IMG/VR virus record: IMGVR_UViG_3300021354_000450
Span: 77,322-141,321 of that record
Origin: a virus
Length of the DNA: 64,000 nt
Reading direction: 5' to 3' (one strand)
Part shown: positions 37,101 through 47,589 of the stretch, piece after piece
Position numbering within the stretch: the stretch's first letter is position 1
Layout: each line of letters opens with the position of its first letter
The notes under the pieces: generated by a model
What the model was told of the DNA's origin: nothing
Seen by the model: only the letters and a program-made list of their open reading frames with translations
Database searches by the model: none
Program-made: the position numbers and the translations under genes

Positions 37101-40100
37101 TTTGGTTGAGGATTGTATAATTCAGTTGAAAACACAATAGTAAAAGAATCAATCAATTGAAGAATACCATTTTTTGTAAATGTTATTAATTCTTTTTTAG
37201 TAATAGGAGGCCAATCTAATTTATAAGAAGTATCTATTCCATCACTTATAAAACTCTGTGTAACATATTGTGTTCCAATTTCACGCTGTTTAGTAATTCT
37301 ATCAAATTTTAATCTAATATAATTAGATCTCACAGGGCAGTTTCCAAGTTGAGCATATGCTCTTGCTGAAATTAAACTTGTACTTCCTCCACCATTAATA
37401 ATTACAGTTGGTGTTGCTGTATATCCTTGACCTGGATTCGTAACAATTATTTGACTAACTTTTCCTAGACTAATAAAAGCAACTGCTGTTGCTCCAAATC
37501 CAGTATCACCATATGCAGGAACAATAGTAATATCAGGAGTTGAAGTGTATCCGCTTCCGCCTGTTGCAAGAGAAATAGTTTCAACTTGATATGTAAAATT
37601 ATTAAACCATGCTTTCCATGGATATTGTAACAACATGTTATTTTCAAATTCAACTTTTTCAAATTTTGCAGTTGCTTCATTATAATACAATGGCATATCA
37701 AAATCAGTATTAAATGTATTTGTAAGTTCAGTTGTTGTATATTGTTCTGTAAATTTTCTAATTTTAGTATGATACGGTTTAGCTTCTTTTAAGAAATCTT
37801 CAAAATAAGAAACATTTTGAAGATTAAATGTTGAAACTTGATCTAAGCTACCGGCTTGATTAACAACACTAATAAATGTTGTTTTAAATGCCCAGTCTAA
37901 AAATTTCTGTTCGCTCATTGCATAACGAACTGCTTTAAAAAATAGTTGATTCCAATATATTTTACATTCATTTATAAAAATGTCATTTTTTATTGCATTT
38001 AAAATAAATGAAATTTCTGTATCTGGTGATTGATCAAATTGACTTTGATCCCATCCAAAATTTTGATCCCATCCAAATAATGACGCAGAAGAATTCCATA
38101 AAGAATCTAAGAAATAAATGGTTCCATTTTCAGAATATACAATATCCCAATAAGGATCAAATGATCCTTGACTTCCGTTTGTTTTACGTAAAATTAAATA
38201 ACGACCATCTCCACCATTTTGGACTTTAACATAACTGCCTTCTTCAATTGTTTGAAGAACTTGTAATGCATAAGGTTCTGCAACTGAAGAAACAATATTC
38301 TGAAAAGGATCAAAGTCTTTTGCTTTCCAATCAACATATTTCCAATACAACGGAGTATTATACGATTGAGTACGTGGTTTGATCCATTTAGACTCAGAAG
38401 AATTCCATTCATAAACTGCCCATTTTCCTCCAGAATTAACATCTGTTTGAACTACAACAGTATATGGTCGAACAACTAATTCAGTAGTTGAATCATAATT
38501 TTTTCCACCATTAATAATATCAACAGATGTAATTCTTCCAAACATATCAATGTTTGCATATAATTCTGCTCCCGTTCCGTTACCTAAAATTGTAATTGTT
38601 GGAGAAGTTTTATACCCAAATCCTTGATTTAACAAAGTATTATTAGAATTTCCAGTTGTTCTAACATTAACAATAGTTCCGTTTGAATCAATTTCTGCTT
38701 CGATATATGCAGTTACTAATGAGTTTGTTGATATTAATTCAAAATTGTAAATATCTTCAACAATTGTATCATACGAATCACTTGCCGGAATTGATTCAAT
38801 TTCATTAAGATTTGAAAAATTAACTTTTCCTGTTACTATTTCATTAGCTAAAACGAAGTTTGTAAATTCAATAATATTACGTAATGCTTCTTTACGATCA
38901 ACAAATAAACTTTGACGAGGTCTGACTTCAATTCCATATTTTAATTTATTTGGTAACGAAGGATCAGGTACCGCATTACCAAGACTATCATGTCCTAATA
39001 AACTATCAATTAATTTTTTCTCTAATAACCAATTTGGTTTACTATTTGGATCATTTTCTTGTAATAATAACCACTCAGTATGTCTATTAGCTGAATCAGT
39101 TATTGTATCAAACGAGATGTTTAAATTAATTTGTTCAGACGTAATTAATGGTTTTGTATTTGCAAGTATAAATGCCGAAGGGCTAATAACAACTAAAAAC
39201 TTAGCACCTGTGCTTTTAGGATCTGCAATTTGTTGAGCAACTTCATATGCAGGTTTTTTACGATTTCTTACGTTAGCAGGAACTGTGGTTTTATTTTTAA
39301 CCCAATAATAATACACGTTTGAAAATGAATTTGAAACATTATTATAAACTTGTTTAACTGAAATTATGTTGTTATCATAAAATTTAGGTTGACCGCTTAT
39401 TCCTTGCGTAAGCCCATCTGCTGTATCTGCTAATTGACTCCATTCTGAAGGAAGATATTCAGTACGAACCCATTCATACACATCAATACTACTTCCTGGA
39501 AAGAGATTATTCCAATTATTTTTTCGATATTCAAGTTCACCTTGTTCTGACCAAACAAATTTAACCGTTGATAAATCCCACCAAAGTTCTCCAACATGTT
39601 CATCAATCCAATTTGTATTTGGATCAATATTAACTCCAGTAATGCCTAAACTATAAATTGCCGGATCGTAATGTGTGATGTATCGTAATTCTTCAGCCGC
39701 TGTTCCTAATATATTCCCTTTAATAGGATCAATAACATCGATATAATCTTTAATTTGTTCTGAATTTGAATCAATTGTTATTGCACGTTTAATTGGTGAA
39801 ATATCAACTAACGGAATTTGAGATCGATGAACTGCCCAAGAATTAATTAATTTATTAATTTTATTAAATTCAAAAATTTGACCAATTCCAAAATTAACTC
39901 CGTTATCAATTTGTGACGGAGCTCCGACATAAATTTTATCATCTAATGTAAGAACACTTGTTCCAAACATTGTATTTGATGTTATTTTATCACTTGTTAA
40001 TTCTTGAGCATAAATCCATTTTGTTGAATTTGTTCCAAGGCGGTTATAAACATGCGCAGAACCAGCATTCGTATATTTTGAGGAAAATCTAGTACTTCCA

Positions 40101-43100
40101 CTATCAAATGTTGTTGTAAGTTTACGTGCAATTGACTCAGAATTATTAACATAATTTGATTCAAATCCTAATGTTGTTATTGTTGACGTTGAAAATCTTT
40201 CAGTATAATTGTCAAAAGTCGGACGTTTTGATTTTGCTCCGCCAATTGATGTTATAACAAGAGTATCAGCTGAATCATTTAAAGAAATATCATAAGCAAA
40301 TGTTGTAGTTGATGTAATTGATGATAACGGTAAACTAATACGTTGATTATGATTAAATTTTGTTCCGTTCCAAACAAATGTATCAACAACACCTGTTTTA
40401 ACTCCAAGCCCGGGATCAAATGCTATCGGACTTGCAACAATTAAAAATTGCCCATCCTGTGACATCTTAACTTTTGTTCCGAAAATATCACCAATTCCCA
40501 TCGGAATTGATAGATCATTGCCGGTAATAATTGTCGGTGAAGTTTGAAGATTATTATATATGTAAACTGCACCTATTGAAGTTAATTCTGCTGAAGTATA
40601 ACCTGGAGCAGAAACAGCAATTCTTGATAAGGAATTATTACCTGCAATATCATATCCAAACTTATCTGACAAGTCTTGTGGATGAGATAAAAGAAAATCT
40701 TGTGTTACAGTAATAGCAGATGAAGTAACGCCAACTGTAAACACATATACTTTACCAGGTGATGAAGTTTCAATTGCTGGAGCTCCAACAATTAATTTAT
40801 TAGTCGATGTTGAATATGCAATACTCCATCCAAAATTTACATTTGAACTAAGAGTTGGTAGTGTTATTACAACAGAAGCATCTAATAAATGAAAAGTACT
40901 TTTATTAATTAAAGAAAGTTTAACAACTCCTGTTTTAATAAATGCAGAACTTTCACCTGCTGGATTAACTTTATTTGTATTAGGAATTAATGCTTTTACA
41001 CGTGAAGTAAACGGTGCTCCTGCAATGATTAATCCAAAATTTGGGTCAAATGCAAGACTTTGTCCATATTTTGTTGTTTCGTACCCCGGTACTTCTGCAT
41101 AATAACTAGCATATACATCATTAATTGTAAAATTATCATACATTTGAAGATTACCAAAACTATCAGTAACCATAACATATACTCGACCATAACTATTTGA
41201 TGTTAATGGAATATAATCCGGAGCAGATATAATTGTAATATTAGAACTTGCATGACTTGCAATTGAAGTTCCAAAATGTTGAGCAGTAATTGAAGACACT
41301 TCAGAAGAATATGCTGTTCCTATATAATTATTTGTTTTTTTATAAACTTCCCAATTTCCTGTGCCGTTATCATCAACCCAAATATTTTCTCCAAAATTCC
41401 ATCGATCAATAAATGGAATGTTATCAATTTCATCAGTTGTTTTAATACGTGACGATTTAAAAACAGAAACTAATCCTAATACAGGATTATCTAATGATGG
41501 CAACGAAGTTATTGTTGATAATACTACAAATTGATTATCATTTATTACTTCTTGAACAACATAACATTGATTAATCTCTGTTGCTATATTTGTAACACTA
41601 ATTAATTCATTAGGTAACAATTGATGAGCATAATATGTTGTAAGTAAAATTGATTGACCTGGAATATTAATAGAAACTGCGCTAATAAATGTAGGAATAT
41701 CTGTAACTCGAAGAACATCCCATTCGCCATTTTCTAAAAATCCTAACCAAATTGTATTTCCAATTTTAAGACTTGAATTATTTGCAATATCTAATACACT
41801 ATTCTTATTATAAGCAGTAGCTGTAATATCATCAAATCTAACATAACCTGCAACAGGCACTTTAAAGATAGTATCATCATATACAGTTGTTTGAAAAATT
41901 GATGAAATATTAAAATCTTCAGAAGTAAGAATAAAATCAGATTGATCTTTATAATAAATCATTGTTTCTGAGTTAACAGGTTTTTCTTGAACAAACTCAA
42001 CAATTTGTGGGTTTTCTAAAAATTTTGACGATTCTAAATTTATTTCTATTTCTTGAAATGTATTATATCCACCATAATAACCGATACGGAATGCCCATTC
42101 TTCATTAAAATTAAGACTACTACGATATCTGTTAAGACTTGCTTTACCTAAATTTGTTAAAGATTGTTTGGTACCTTTTTCACGTATAAAACCTTGATAA
42201 AATTTATATTGTGCAATCGAATCACCAATAATATAGTTTAAATATGGACGAGGAGTATATCCAGTTAAATGTTGAGCCATTGATTGTTGAGCAATATCAA
42301 AGTTATCAATGTCTAACGAATAAAAATCTTCAAACTGATTTATCTTATAATCAAAATTTGGTAAAAGTTGTGAAACAGGTTTTTTATCTAAAAATGTCCA
42401 TTGAGTAATATCAAATGCTTCTGAACCAGAAATTGACTTATTTGCAGAATAATAATTTCCTGAAAAACGAACAACATCACTGATACTGTAATCAACAAAT
42501 TTTTTCCAATCACTAATTTTAGCTTGATCAAAAACAAAACCTGGACTAAAAAAATCACCATTCCAATTATCTGTAACAAATCCTTTTAATTTAACTCTAC
42601 GTTGACGATATCCTGTTTCTTTATCATATATAACATCATTGAACAATGTAAAGTTTTTAAAAACAATTGCATGTTCTTTTTGTGTAACATTAATTTTTGC
42701 AAAGAAAATTCCTTCTTGTGTATTAATTGTCGAAATTGAAAATTCACCATCTAATCGAACAATTGAAAAATTATGTTTTGAAAAAGGAAACCCGTCTGCT
42801 TTTAATAAACTATATTCATAAAAATTATTAACAATACTATCAACAATACCGATATTAGAACGGAAAGTTAATTTATTAGCAAATGGACTTATTGTAATAA
42901 CTGCATCTTCGGCCCAATTTTGTGTTGTCCAATATAAAAATTCTTTTGAAGAAAAATTATAATTTAAAATTTGATCTAATGTTGAATTGTATTCATCAAA
43001 TACAAATCCTTTTGTTTCTAACCATTTTCCATAACCTAATATTAAATCATACACTTCTTGGTGAGTTTGATATTCTTTACCATAAGGAACTATAGTTTCA

Positions 43101-46100
43101 ACAGTTTCAAATGAAGTTCTACGCAATACTCCTATTCCACCTTTTGTTGGTAAAGAAGGAAGTCCTTGATAATAAGAAGATGTAAAAATTGTTCCACTAT
43201 TATGTTTTTGTTTTACTCTATAATATCTGTCAACATAAAAAACAATTTCATTTTCATTATAGGTTGTATTTGAATCCCACAGAACATATGTTTCACTTTC
43301 TCCGCCGACTCTTTCGATTTGAGTCGAGTTACCTTCAAACGGTTTAAAAATTGTAAAGTATGGACAGTATCTATCATATCCTCTAACAGTCCATCCTATT
43401 TTAGTTTTTTGAATAATAAATCCAGAAATTCCTAAACTTTGAATAGGATTACTTTTATTGTAAAAAATTTGATAATCTTCTGCAGGAATTAACGACCCGG
43501 GATAAGGACTTGACGGATCAACTGCATCAATAACAACAGATAATTTATCTTTACTTACAAATGACCCAAGTTTAACCATTAATCTATAATCTAAATTTGC
43601 AAGATCATGTTTAAGTTCTGTTATATAATTTGAATTTTTAGCAGTACCTGTTTCAATAAGCATAACACTATAACCTGATGCTAGAACCCGAGTTCCGTCA
43701 TCTAATGTGTTATTAAACAAAACAACTTTTGAAGGATTTAAAAAAGATCCTTGGTATCTATATTCACCTGATATATTTTTTTCAAGTCGACTTGGATCAA
43801 ACATTAATGCAGAATATGATGCAGGAGATGTTAGTGCTAATAGTAACTGACAAGTAAATGGCCACCAACTGCTTCGACGCCATGCAGTTTCTGCAGGTGC
43901 TTGATCACCAACTTTCCAATTTGAAGAAATTTGTTCACTTCTTAACAGAATAATACGATCTGGATCATCAACATTAATAATCGGTGTAGTTGCTAACTTT
44001 AAATCAACTGGACTTATTAATTCTCCATATTCGTTTACAGGAATTATATTACTTAAACCAGGTCGAGCAAACATAGGATTAATAATACCTGTATTTGCGT
44101 TTAGACCTTTTTCAAGATCATTCCACATTACAAGATTACCACTTGTATATGGTGCTTCACCATACGTAGTTTTCCACCAGCTAGGTTCTTCACTTAACCC
44201 AAGCATTTCCCACGGATGTGAATGAGGACGATCAGTATCATAAAAATACTTATAAACACTTCTCCAATAACCCGTTAATGGATTTTTTGAAAGCGTGTCG
44301 ATGCTTCCTGTATAATTGAATGTAAATGAATCTAATTCGTCAAATATCGAATTAGAAATATAATCAACCCCAAAATATCCTGCCCATTTTAGAAAATCAG
44401 CAGACAGAAGATTTGTAATTTCTATCTGAGAAAAATTATCAGTTCTAAATGCACTTGGCATAATTGTTAAAATATCTAACAACTCTGAATTATATTCTGT
44501 TTTAATATTGTTATAAATTCGAGTTTCATATTCTAATAAAATAGCATCTCGGTAATCACCATATGTTAATGTTATACTTCCGTCATGCCCTTGAAGAACT
44601 TCACGTGGTTCACCAACAAACGTATCATCTAAATAAATCTGAGGTTTAAATTTTGGAAAAAGACCAAGTTTAGTCGGTGTAGGCGGAACAAAACTTCCAT
44701 CTGTATTTGAAAAATCCAAAATTGTGATTATATCACCTTTTGTTAAAGAACTTATAATTCTAATGCTAGGATCATATTTTTCAACGATATAATCATATCC
44801 TTTTGTTAATAAAATATCATTTTTATAAACTAAAACTGATCGTTGACTTAAAATTGTATCATCAAATATTGTTGAAATATTATAACGAACACTTTTAATA
44901 TCATTAACTGTAAAAATTTTAGTTGTGCAATTGTTTCCAAAAGCCAACATATCTGAATTTTTATAGCTTGTAAAATCATCTTTTGTAGAATTCATCGATA
45001 TTAATGCAATATCTAATGATTGAGCTGGTGTAAAGTTTCCTTTTAAATTTGTTATGTTTCTTAATAAATTTGATTTAAATTGATTATAATCAATTGCAAC
45101 CTTTCGTATACTTGAAATAAGATTATCTGAAACTTCTCCACCTAAGAAATAATGAGCAAAACTTATCGGATTGCAATGACTTACTAATCTTGAACCAAAA
45201 GAACTTACATCTGAAATATCTCTTAGATTACTTAACCCAGGAAAAACTCCATTAAATGTTTGAATAGAATCAACCATTGTTTTTACATGATCACTAATTT
45301 CAGTAAATGTAAATTCTTCAATTGATCCATTGAGTGGATTGTTGGTTAAATTAGTCGGTGGTTCATAAAATCCATTTGCATTTGGTGTGTTATTAGTGTA
45401 TAATTTTAAAAGAACCTTATCATTTTTTGAAAAAGTTGTTGTTGAAACAATAAAAGAACGGTTAACATTGTTTGTTTTAATGTAATCAACATTATGAATT
45501 TGTTTAACATCATTAATAAAAACTTCAACTGTTAAATCTGAAACATATCCAGGTTCGTTAATTGAATTAATTTCAATAAATGTTAAATCTTCAGTAAGAA
45601 CTTGATATTGTAATATCGGAATTGCTTTGTCAACTGTTTTAGTCCAAACTGTTTTAAAAGTTTCTCCTGTTAACGAATTTATTTTTAAAAACCCGTTTGA
45701 AACATTTCTTACTTCGGTAGTATTGTTTACAAAATTTGTAAAAGAATCTATCATATAGAAATTCTTAAATAGATATTCACCAACATTTGCAACATTTTTA
45801 TATGCTAAATTAAATCCTAAAACAGAGTCATAAACTGTGCCAAGTTCATACCCGAACATTTTAGTTCCTGCAAATGAACTATCATATATTGCCGTATCAG
45901 AAAATTTATTTCCACTACTATCGTATAATTCCCATAATGGTGCTTGATTTAATCCTGTTTTTTGTTGAGAAAAAATCCAAGTTGTTCCATCAAACCACCA
46001 ACTAGTTCCTGCAAATTCAGTTCCTTGTTTAACTGATACTGCTTCAAACAATTTTGGTTCTGAATCAAATACTTCTTCTAAATTAATTCTTTGTTTATTA

Positions 46101-47587
46101 TTAACAATCGAAACTTTTACTTCATATACTTTTCCACGCACTAATGAATCTTTATCAGCATTAAAAATAACTCGATATCCCGGTTCTATTTCAACACCAT
46201 CGATAAAATATCCAGGTGAGTTTTCAACTTGTTTAAATGCATCAGTAGTTGTTGTATCGATTAAATTAATATCATCTTTACCTATATTACCAAATTTATA
46301 TAGTTGAAGACCTGCAATAAATTCAATAATCGGACGTTGCGCTCTTTTATCTGCAGGAAATACAACAGGAACACCGTTTGCTTTTGCAGTTGCAGAAATA
46401 ACATCAGAATGAACCCACCGATTATATTTTGACCAAGGATTTCTATCTAATGAAGCACGATTAATTGTAATATAATCAGGAGTCATTGGAACAAAACTAA
46501 AATCGTCAAACGGGTACTCATCAAAAGGTTGAGCATCAAAATTAACATCAAGATTTGTTGTTTCGACACCGATCGGTTGTAATTTTGAATAGTCAACTAA
46601 TGTGATCGATGTTCCAACTCCTTCAACAATCCAATCTTTGTTAAGATAAGTTTCAGGTAAAATATTTCCTGAAAAACGAACTTTCATTCCATTTGAAAAA
46701 GAAACGCCGTTGTTTGATTGGTAAGTTTGTTTTCCGATAATATCAACTTCAACATCAAGTACAGTATTTTCTGAAAGAGATTTAATTGCAAATCTGCCAA
46801 CTGCGGTCGGATTGCCTTCTGCATAGTAAAATAAAGAGGTTGGAGTATAATCATCAATTTTAATAATTACTTGCCCGGTACTAACTCCGTTGTTTATTGT
46901 TCCTTCAAATAAATTGTCAATCCCTGAAACATATGCAGTTTTAATATAAAAAGGATATACACTATTAACATCAAAAACATAGGTTAATCCTCTATATAAA
47001 GTTAATAAAGGATTTGTTGTTGCTCCGTCTGGTGAAAAAATTAAACTTTCACCATTTTCAGAATCAGTTACTGTGTATGTGCTGATAGCATCTTTTTGTT
47101 TTCCTAAAATCTCAATTGCATCCGGACCAGTTGGCATCCAATAATATTGACGGAAATTAACAAATTTATCCCAATCAATATGTGGATCAAAAGAGTAAGA
47201 TTTAGGACGAAATAATTTATCTAAATTTGAAACATTTGCATTATTGAAAGCAAGTTGATTAATAAGATCATCAAAACCTAAGGACATGTTAATATTGTTA
47301 TCAATATCACTAAGAACTAACGACGGTTCAAGTTGATAATCTTTTCTTAATTTTGTAGTATCTTCGATATATTCATCAGTTGTTGGATTATAATTAGGAC
47401 TTAATCTACTTCCAACAAATCCGTTTATTCTTTTAATTTGCGGTTGCTGAATAAATTGATCAAGTGTACTTGCTAAAAATTTTGTATTTTTTTCTGTTCT
47501 ATGATATGTAGGTAAAAGATCAGCCGATCTACGAGTTGCTGAAGGATTATTAATATCTACTGGATTTATGATATCTTTACTGGCCAT
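34118..47587 (-). CDS. Giant (4489 aa) baseplate wedge-like protein with FG-GAP-like beta-propeller repeats
   Basis: Uninterrupted 13.5-kb ORF after the gp6-like gene; FG.S.A...AP...G.VYVF repeats, GxGYT.xP repeats, KPYHTKIR. Confidence 0.7.
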   Translation of the reverse strand: MASKDIINPVDINNPSATRRSADLLPTYHRTEKNTKFLASTLDQFIQQPQIKRINGFVGSRLSPNYNPTTDEYIEDTTKLRKDYQLEPSLVLSDIDNNINMSLGFDDLINQLAFNNANVSNLDKLFRPKSYSFDPHIDWDKFVNFRQYYWMPTGPDAIEILGKQKDAISTYTVTDSENGESLIFSPDGATTNPLLTLYRGLTYVFDVNSVYPFYIKTAYVSGIDNLFEGTINNGVSTGQVIIKIDDYTPTSLFYYAEGNPTAVGRFAIKSLSENTVLDVEVDIIGKQTYQSNNGVSFSNGMKVRFSGNILPETYLNKDWIVEGVGTSITLVDYSKLQPIGVETTNLDVNFDAQPFDEYPFDDFSFVPMTPDYITINRASLDRNPWSKYNRWVHSDVISATAKANGVPVVFPADKRAQRPIIEFIAGLQLYKFGNIGKDDINLIDTTTTDAFKQVENSPGYFIDGVEIEPGYRVIFNADKDSLVRGKVYEVKVSIVNNKQRINLEEVFDSEPKLFEAVSVKQGTEFAGTSWWFDGTTWIFSQQKTGLNQAPLWELYDSSGNKFSDTAIYDSSFAGTKMFGYELGTVYDSVLGFNLAYKNVANVGEYLFKNFYMIDSFTNFVNNTTEVRNVSNGFLKINSLTGETFKTVWTKTVDKAIPILQYQVLTEDLTFIEINSINEPGYVSDLTVEVFINDVKQIHNVDYIKTNNVNRSFIVSTTTFSKNDKVLLKLYTNNTPNANGFYEPPTNLTNNPLNGSIEEFTFTEISDHVKTMVDSIQTFNGVFPGLSNLRDISDVSSFGSRLVSHCNPISFAHYFLGGEVSDNLISSIRKVAIDYNQFKSNLLRNITNLKGNFTPAQSLDIALISMNSTKDDFTSYKNSDMLAFGNNCTTKIFTVNDIKSVRYNISTIFDDTILSQRSVLVYKNDILLTKGYDYIVEKYDPSIRIISSLTKGDIITILDFSNTDGSFVPPTPTKLGLFPKFKPQIYLDDTFVGEPREVLQGHDGSITLTYGDYRDAILLEYETRIYNNIKTEYNSELLDILTIMPSAFRTDNFSQIEITNLLSADFLKWAGYFGVDYISNSIFDELDSFTFNYTGSIDTLSKNPLTGYWRSVYKYFYDTDRPHSHPWEMLGLSEEPSWWKTTYGEAPYTSGNLVMWNDLEKGLNANTGIINPMFARPGLSNIIPVNEYGELISPVDLKLATTPIINVDDPDRIILLRSEQISSNWKVGDQAPAETAWRRSSWWPFTCQLLLALTSPASYSALMFDPSRLEKNISGEYRYQGSFLNPSKVVLFNNTLDDGTRVLASGYSVMLIETGTAKNSNYITELKHDLANLDYRLMVKLGSFVSKDKLSVVIDAVDPSSPYPGSLIPAEDYQIFYNKSNPIQSLGISGFIIQKTKIGWTVRGYDRYCPYFTIFKPFEGNSTQIERVGGESETYVLWDSNTTYNENEIVFYVDRYYRVKQKHNSGTIFTSSYYQGLPSLPTKGGIGVLRRTSFETVETIVPYGKEYQTHQEVYDLILGYGKWLETKGFVFDEYNSTLDQILNYNFSSKEFLYWTTQNWAEDAVITISPFANKLTFRSNIGIVDSIVNNFYEYSLLKADGFPFSKHNFSIVRLDGEFSISTINTQEGIFFAKINVTQKEHAIVFKNFTLFNDVIYDKETGYRQRRVKLKGFVTDNWNGDFFSPGFVFDQAKISDWKKFVDYSISDVVRFSGNYYSANKSISGSEAFDITQWTFLDKKPVSQLLPNFDYKINQFEDFYSLDIDNFDIAQQSMAQHLTGYTPRPYLNYIIGDSIAQYKFYQGFIREKGTKQSLTNLGKASLNRYRSSLNFNEEWAFRIGYYGGYNTFQEIEINLESSKFLENPQIVEFVQEKPVNSETMIYYKDQSDFILTSEDFNISSIFQTTVYDDTIFKVPVAGYVRFDDITATAYNKNSVLDIANNSSLKIGNTIWLGFLENGEWDVLRVTDIPTFISAVSINIPGQSILLTTYYAHQLLPNELISVTNIATEINQCYVVQEVINDNQFVVLSTITSLPSLDNPVLGLVSVFKSSRIKTTDEIDNIPFIDRWNFGENIWVDDNGTGNWEVYKKTNNYIGTAYSSEVSSITAQHFGTSIASHASSNITIISAPDYIPLTSNSYGRVYVMVTDSFGNLQMYDNFTINDVYASYYAEVPGYETTKYGQSLAFDPNFGLIIAGAPFTSRVKALIPNTNKVNPAGESSAFIKTGVVKLSLINKSTFHLLDASVVITLPTLSSNVNFGWSIAYSTSTNKLIVGAPAIETSSPGKVYVFTVGVTSSAITVTQDFLLSHPQDLSDKFGYDIAGNNSLSRIAVSAPGYTSAELTSIGAVYIYNNLQTSPTIITGNDLSIPMGIGDIFGTKVKMSQDGQFLIVASPIAFDPGLGVKTGVVDTFVWNGTKFNHNQRISLPLSSITSTTTFAYDISLNDSADTLVITSIGGAKSKRPTFDNYTERFSTSTITTLGFESNYVNNSESIARKLTTTFDSGSTRFSSKYTNAGSAHVYNRLGTNSTKWIYAQELTSDKITSNTMFGTSVLTLDDKIYVGAPSQIDNGVNFGIGQIFEFNKINKLINSWAVHRSQIPLVDISPIKRAITIDSNSEQIKDYIDVIDPIKGNILGTAAEELRYITHYDPAIYSLGITGVNIDPNTNWIDEHVGELWWDLSTVKFVWSEQGELEYRKNNWNNLFPGSSIDVYEWVRTEYLPSEWSQLADTADGLTQGISGQPKFYDNNIISVKQVYNNVSNSFSNVYYYWVKNKTTVPANVRNRKKPAYEVAQQIADPKSTGAKFLVVISPSAFILANTKPLITSEQINLNISFDTITDSANRHTEWLLLQENDPNSKPNWLLEKKLIDSLLGHDSLGNAVPDPSLPNKLKYGIEVRPRQSLFVDRKEALRNIIEFTNFVLANEIVTGKVNFSNLNEIESIPASDSYDTIVEDIYNFELISTNSLVTAYIEAEIDSNGTIVNVRTTGNSNNTLLNQGFGYKTSPTITILGNGTGAELYANIDMFGRITSVDIINGGKNYDSTTELVVRPYTVVVQTDVNSGGKWAVYEWNSSESKWIKPRTQSYNTPLYWKYVDWKAKDFDPFQNIVSSVAEPYALQVLQTIEEGSYVKVQNGGDGRYLILRKTNGSQGSFDPYWDIVYSENGTIYFLDSLWNSSASLFGWDQNFGWDQSQFDQSPDTEISFILNAIKNDIFINECKIYWNQLFFKAVRYAMSEQKFLDWAFKTTFISVVNQAGSLDQVSTFNLQNVSYFEDFLKEAKPYHTKIRKFTEQYTTTELTNTFNTDFDMPLYYNEATAKFEKVEFENNMLLQYPWKAWFNNFTYQVETISLATGGSGYTSTPDITIVPAYGDTGFGATAVAFISLGKVSQIIVTNPGQGYTATPTVIINGGGSTSLISARAYAQLGNCPVRSNYIRLKFDRITKQREIGTQYVTQSFISDGIDTSYKLDWPPITKKELITFTKNGILQLIDSFTIVFSTELYNPQPNTEYSKLFASLKLSFIPDAGDILEITYPKNLDLYNAASRIEDYYNPSYGMPGKDLAQLMTGIEYSGLQVTGLPFDSSGGWNANNIPWSTTPWDNFGFEEGYTSYKTTSTSTQTFIVPTIISSGTEVNVYLKSNLDSSASGKRIDGVNSTSIVKTLIGLGTGAISTVTMIVPGSGYVAEYTTVFVSAPNTLNGINATVTATITNGLVDIQIVNPGSGYTEAPVITILESINPNHTSSSVTTRAYARATLKSEFTEINSNITTSTITIPKVAFTTSSTQVVLRYSTSDGTVVPSDQDSLDAIVNGGNLENTTALGLSPSEIILDGGSSSTRHITGMNDDGFLNSINSFAPEECVPGQIQEAFGISVYSQPVSSSPLIINKKYYLDGTIRTFDLGICPSTEKSVSVLLNDQIVTSNNYTINYQNNTLTFNSVTPITGWLSITSMQIGTVKLLDSLTSISSLSETVFTSFVRYSEVGSIFVSVNGVSISPPEYSFTNYRGSARITVKRSGTIQVYLFLETTKSFSEITDQIITVPSSNRSIFTLNPIPGNAKPLHNQVFVTKNGKRLKPPVLTYYEVENEQTTFDICKSIDFKLGRIDQSQIEVYINGIEVAALREWNLNEQTNQIEFFPGVLSISDSIAVVVKEGQEYLIQDNQLNLTTPASTGTSIVVTTFTNHDPDFIRTERFNVSESSQYVMQRSCIDASYVWVTYNGSPLTVNLDYSIGPDNRTVTIRNGFYQNSQDYVLITSFADRESTVAYRLFRDILGRTHYKRLSQSNSTVLVRNFSLNDQTIEVEDASVLTEPDPSHNRPGIVLIQKERIEFFIKQGNTLSQLRRSTLGTAPAEIYYAGYEVIDQGTDQTILSTEETQKYTTSTSVLTPSYLLTGITFTSDANFTDQVEVRYQGKLLLKPGLLTVKHDLEIAYDSTSTADISVPSDFNISSTGILTLNTASVTIIEGAKLEVIKRFASSWYDSNSTLAKNTTPQAKFIAKALAKLPKN

Positions 47588-47589
47588 TA

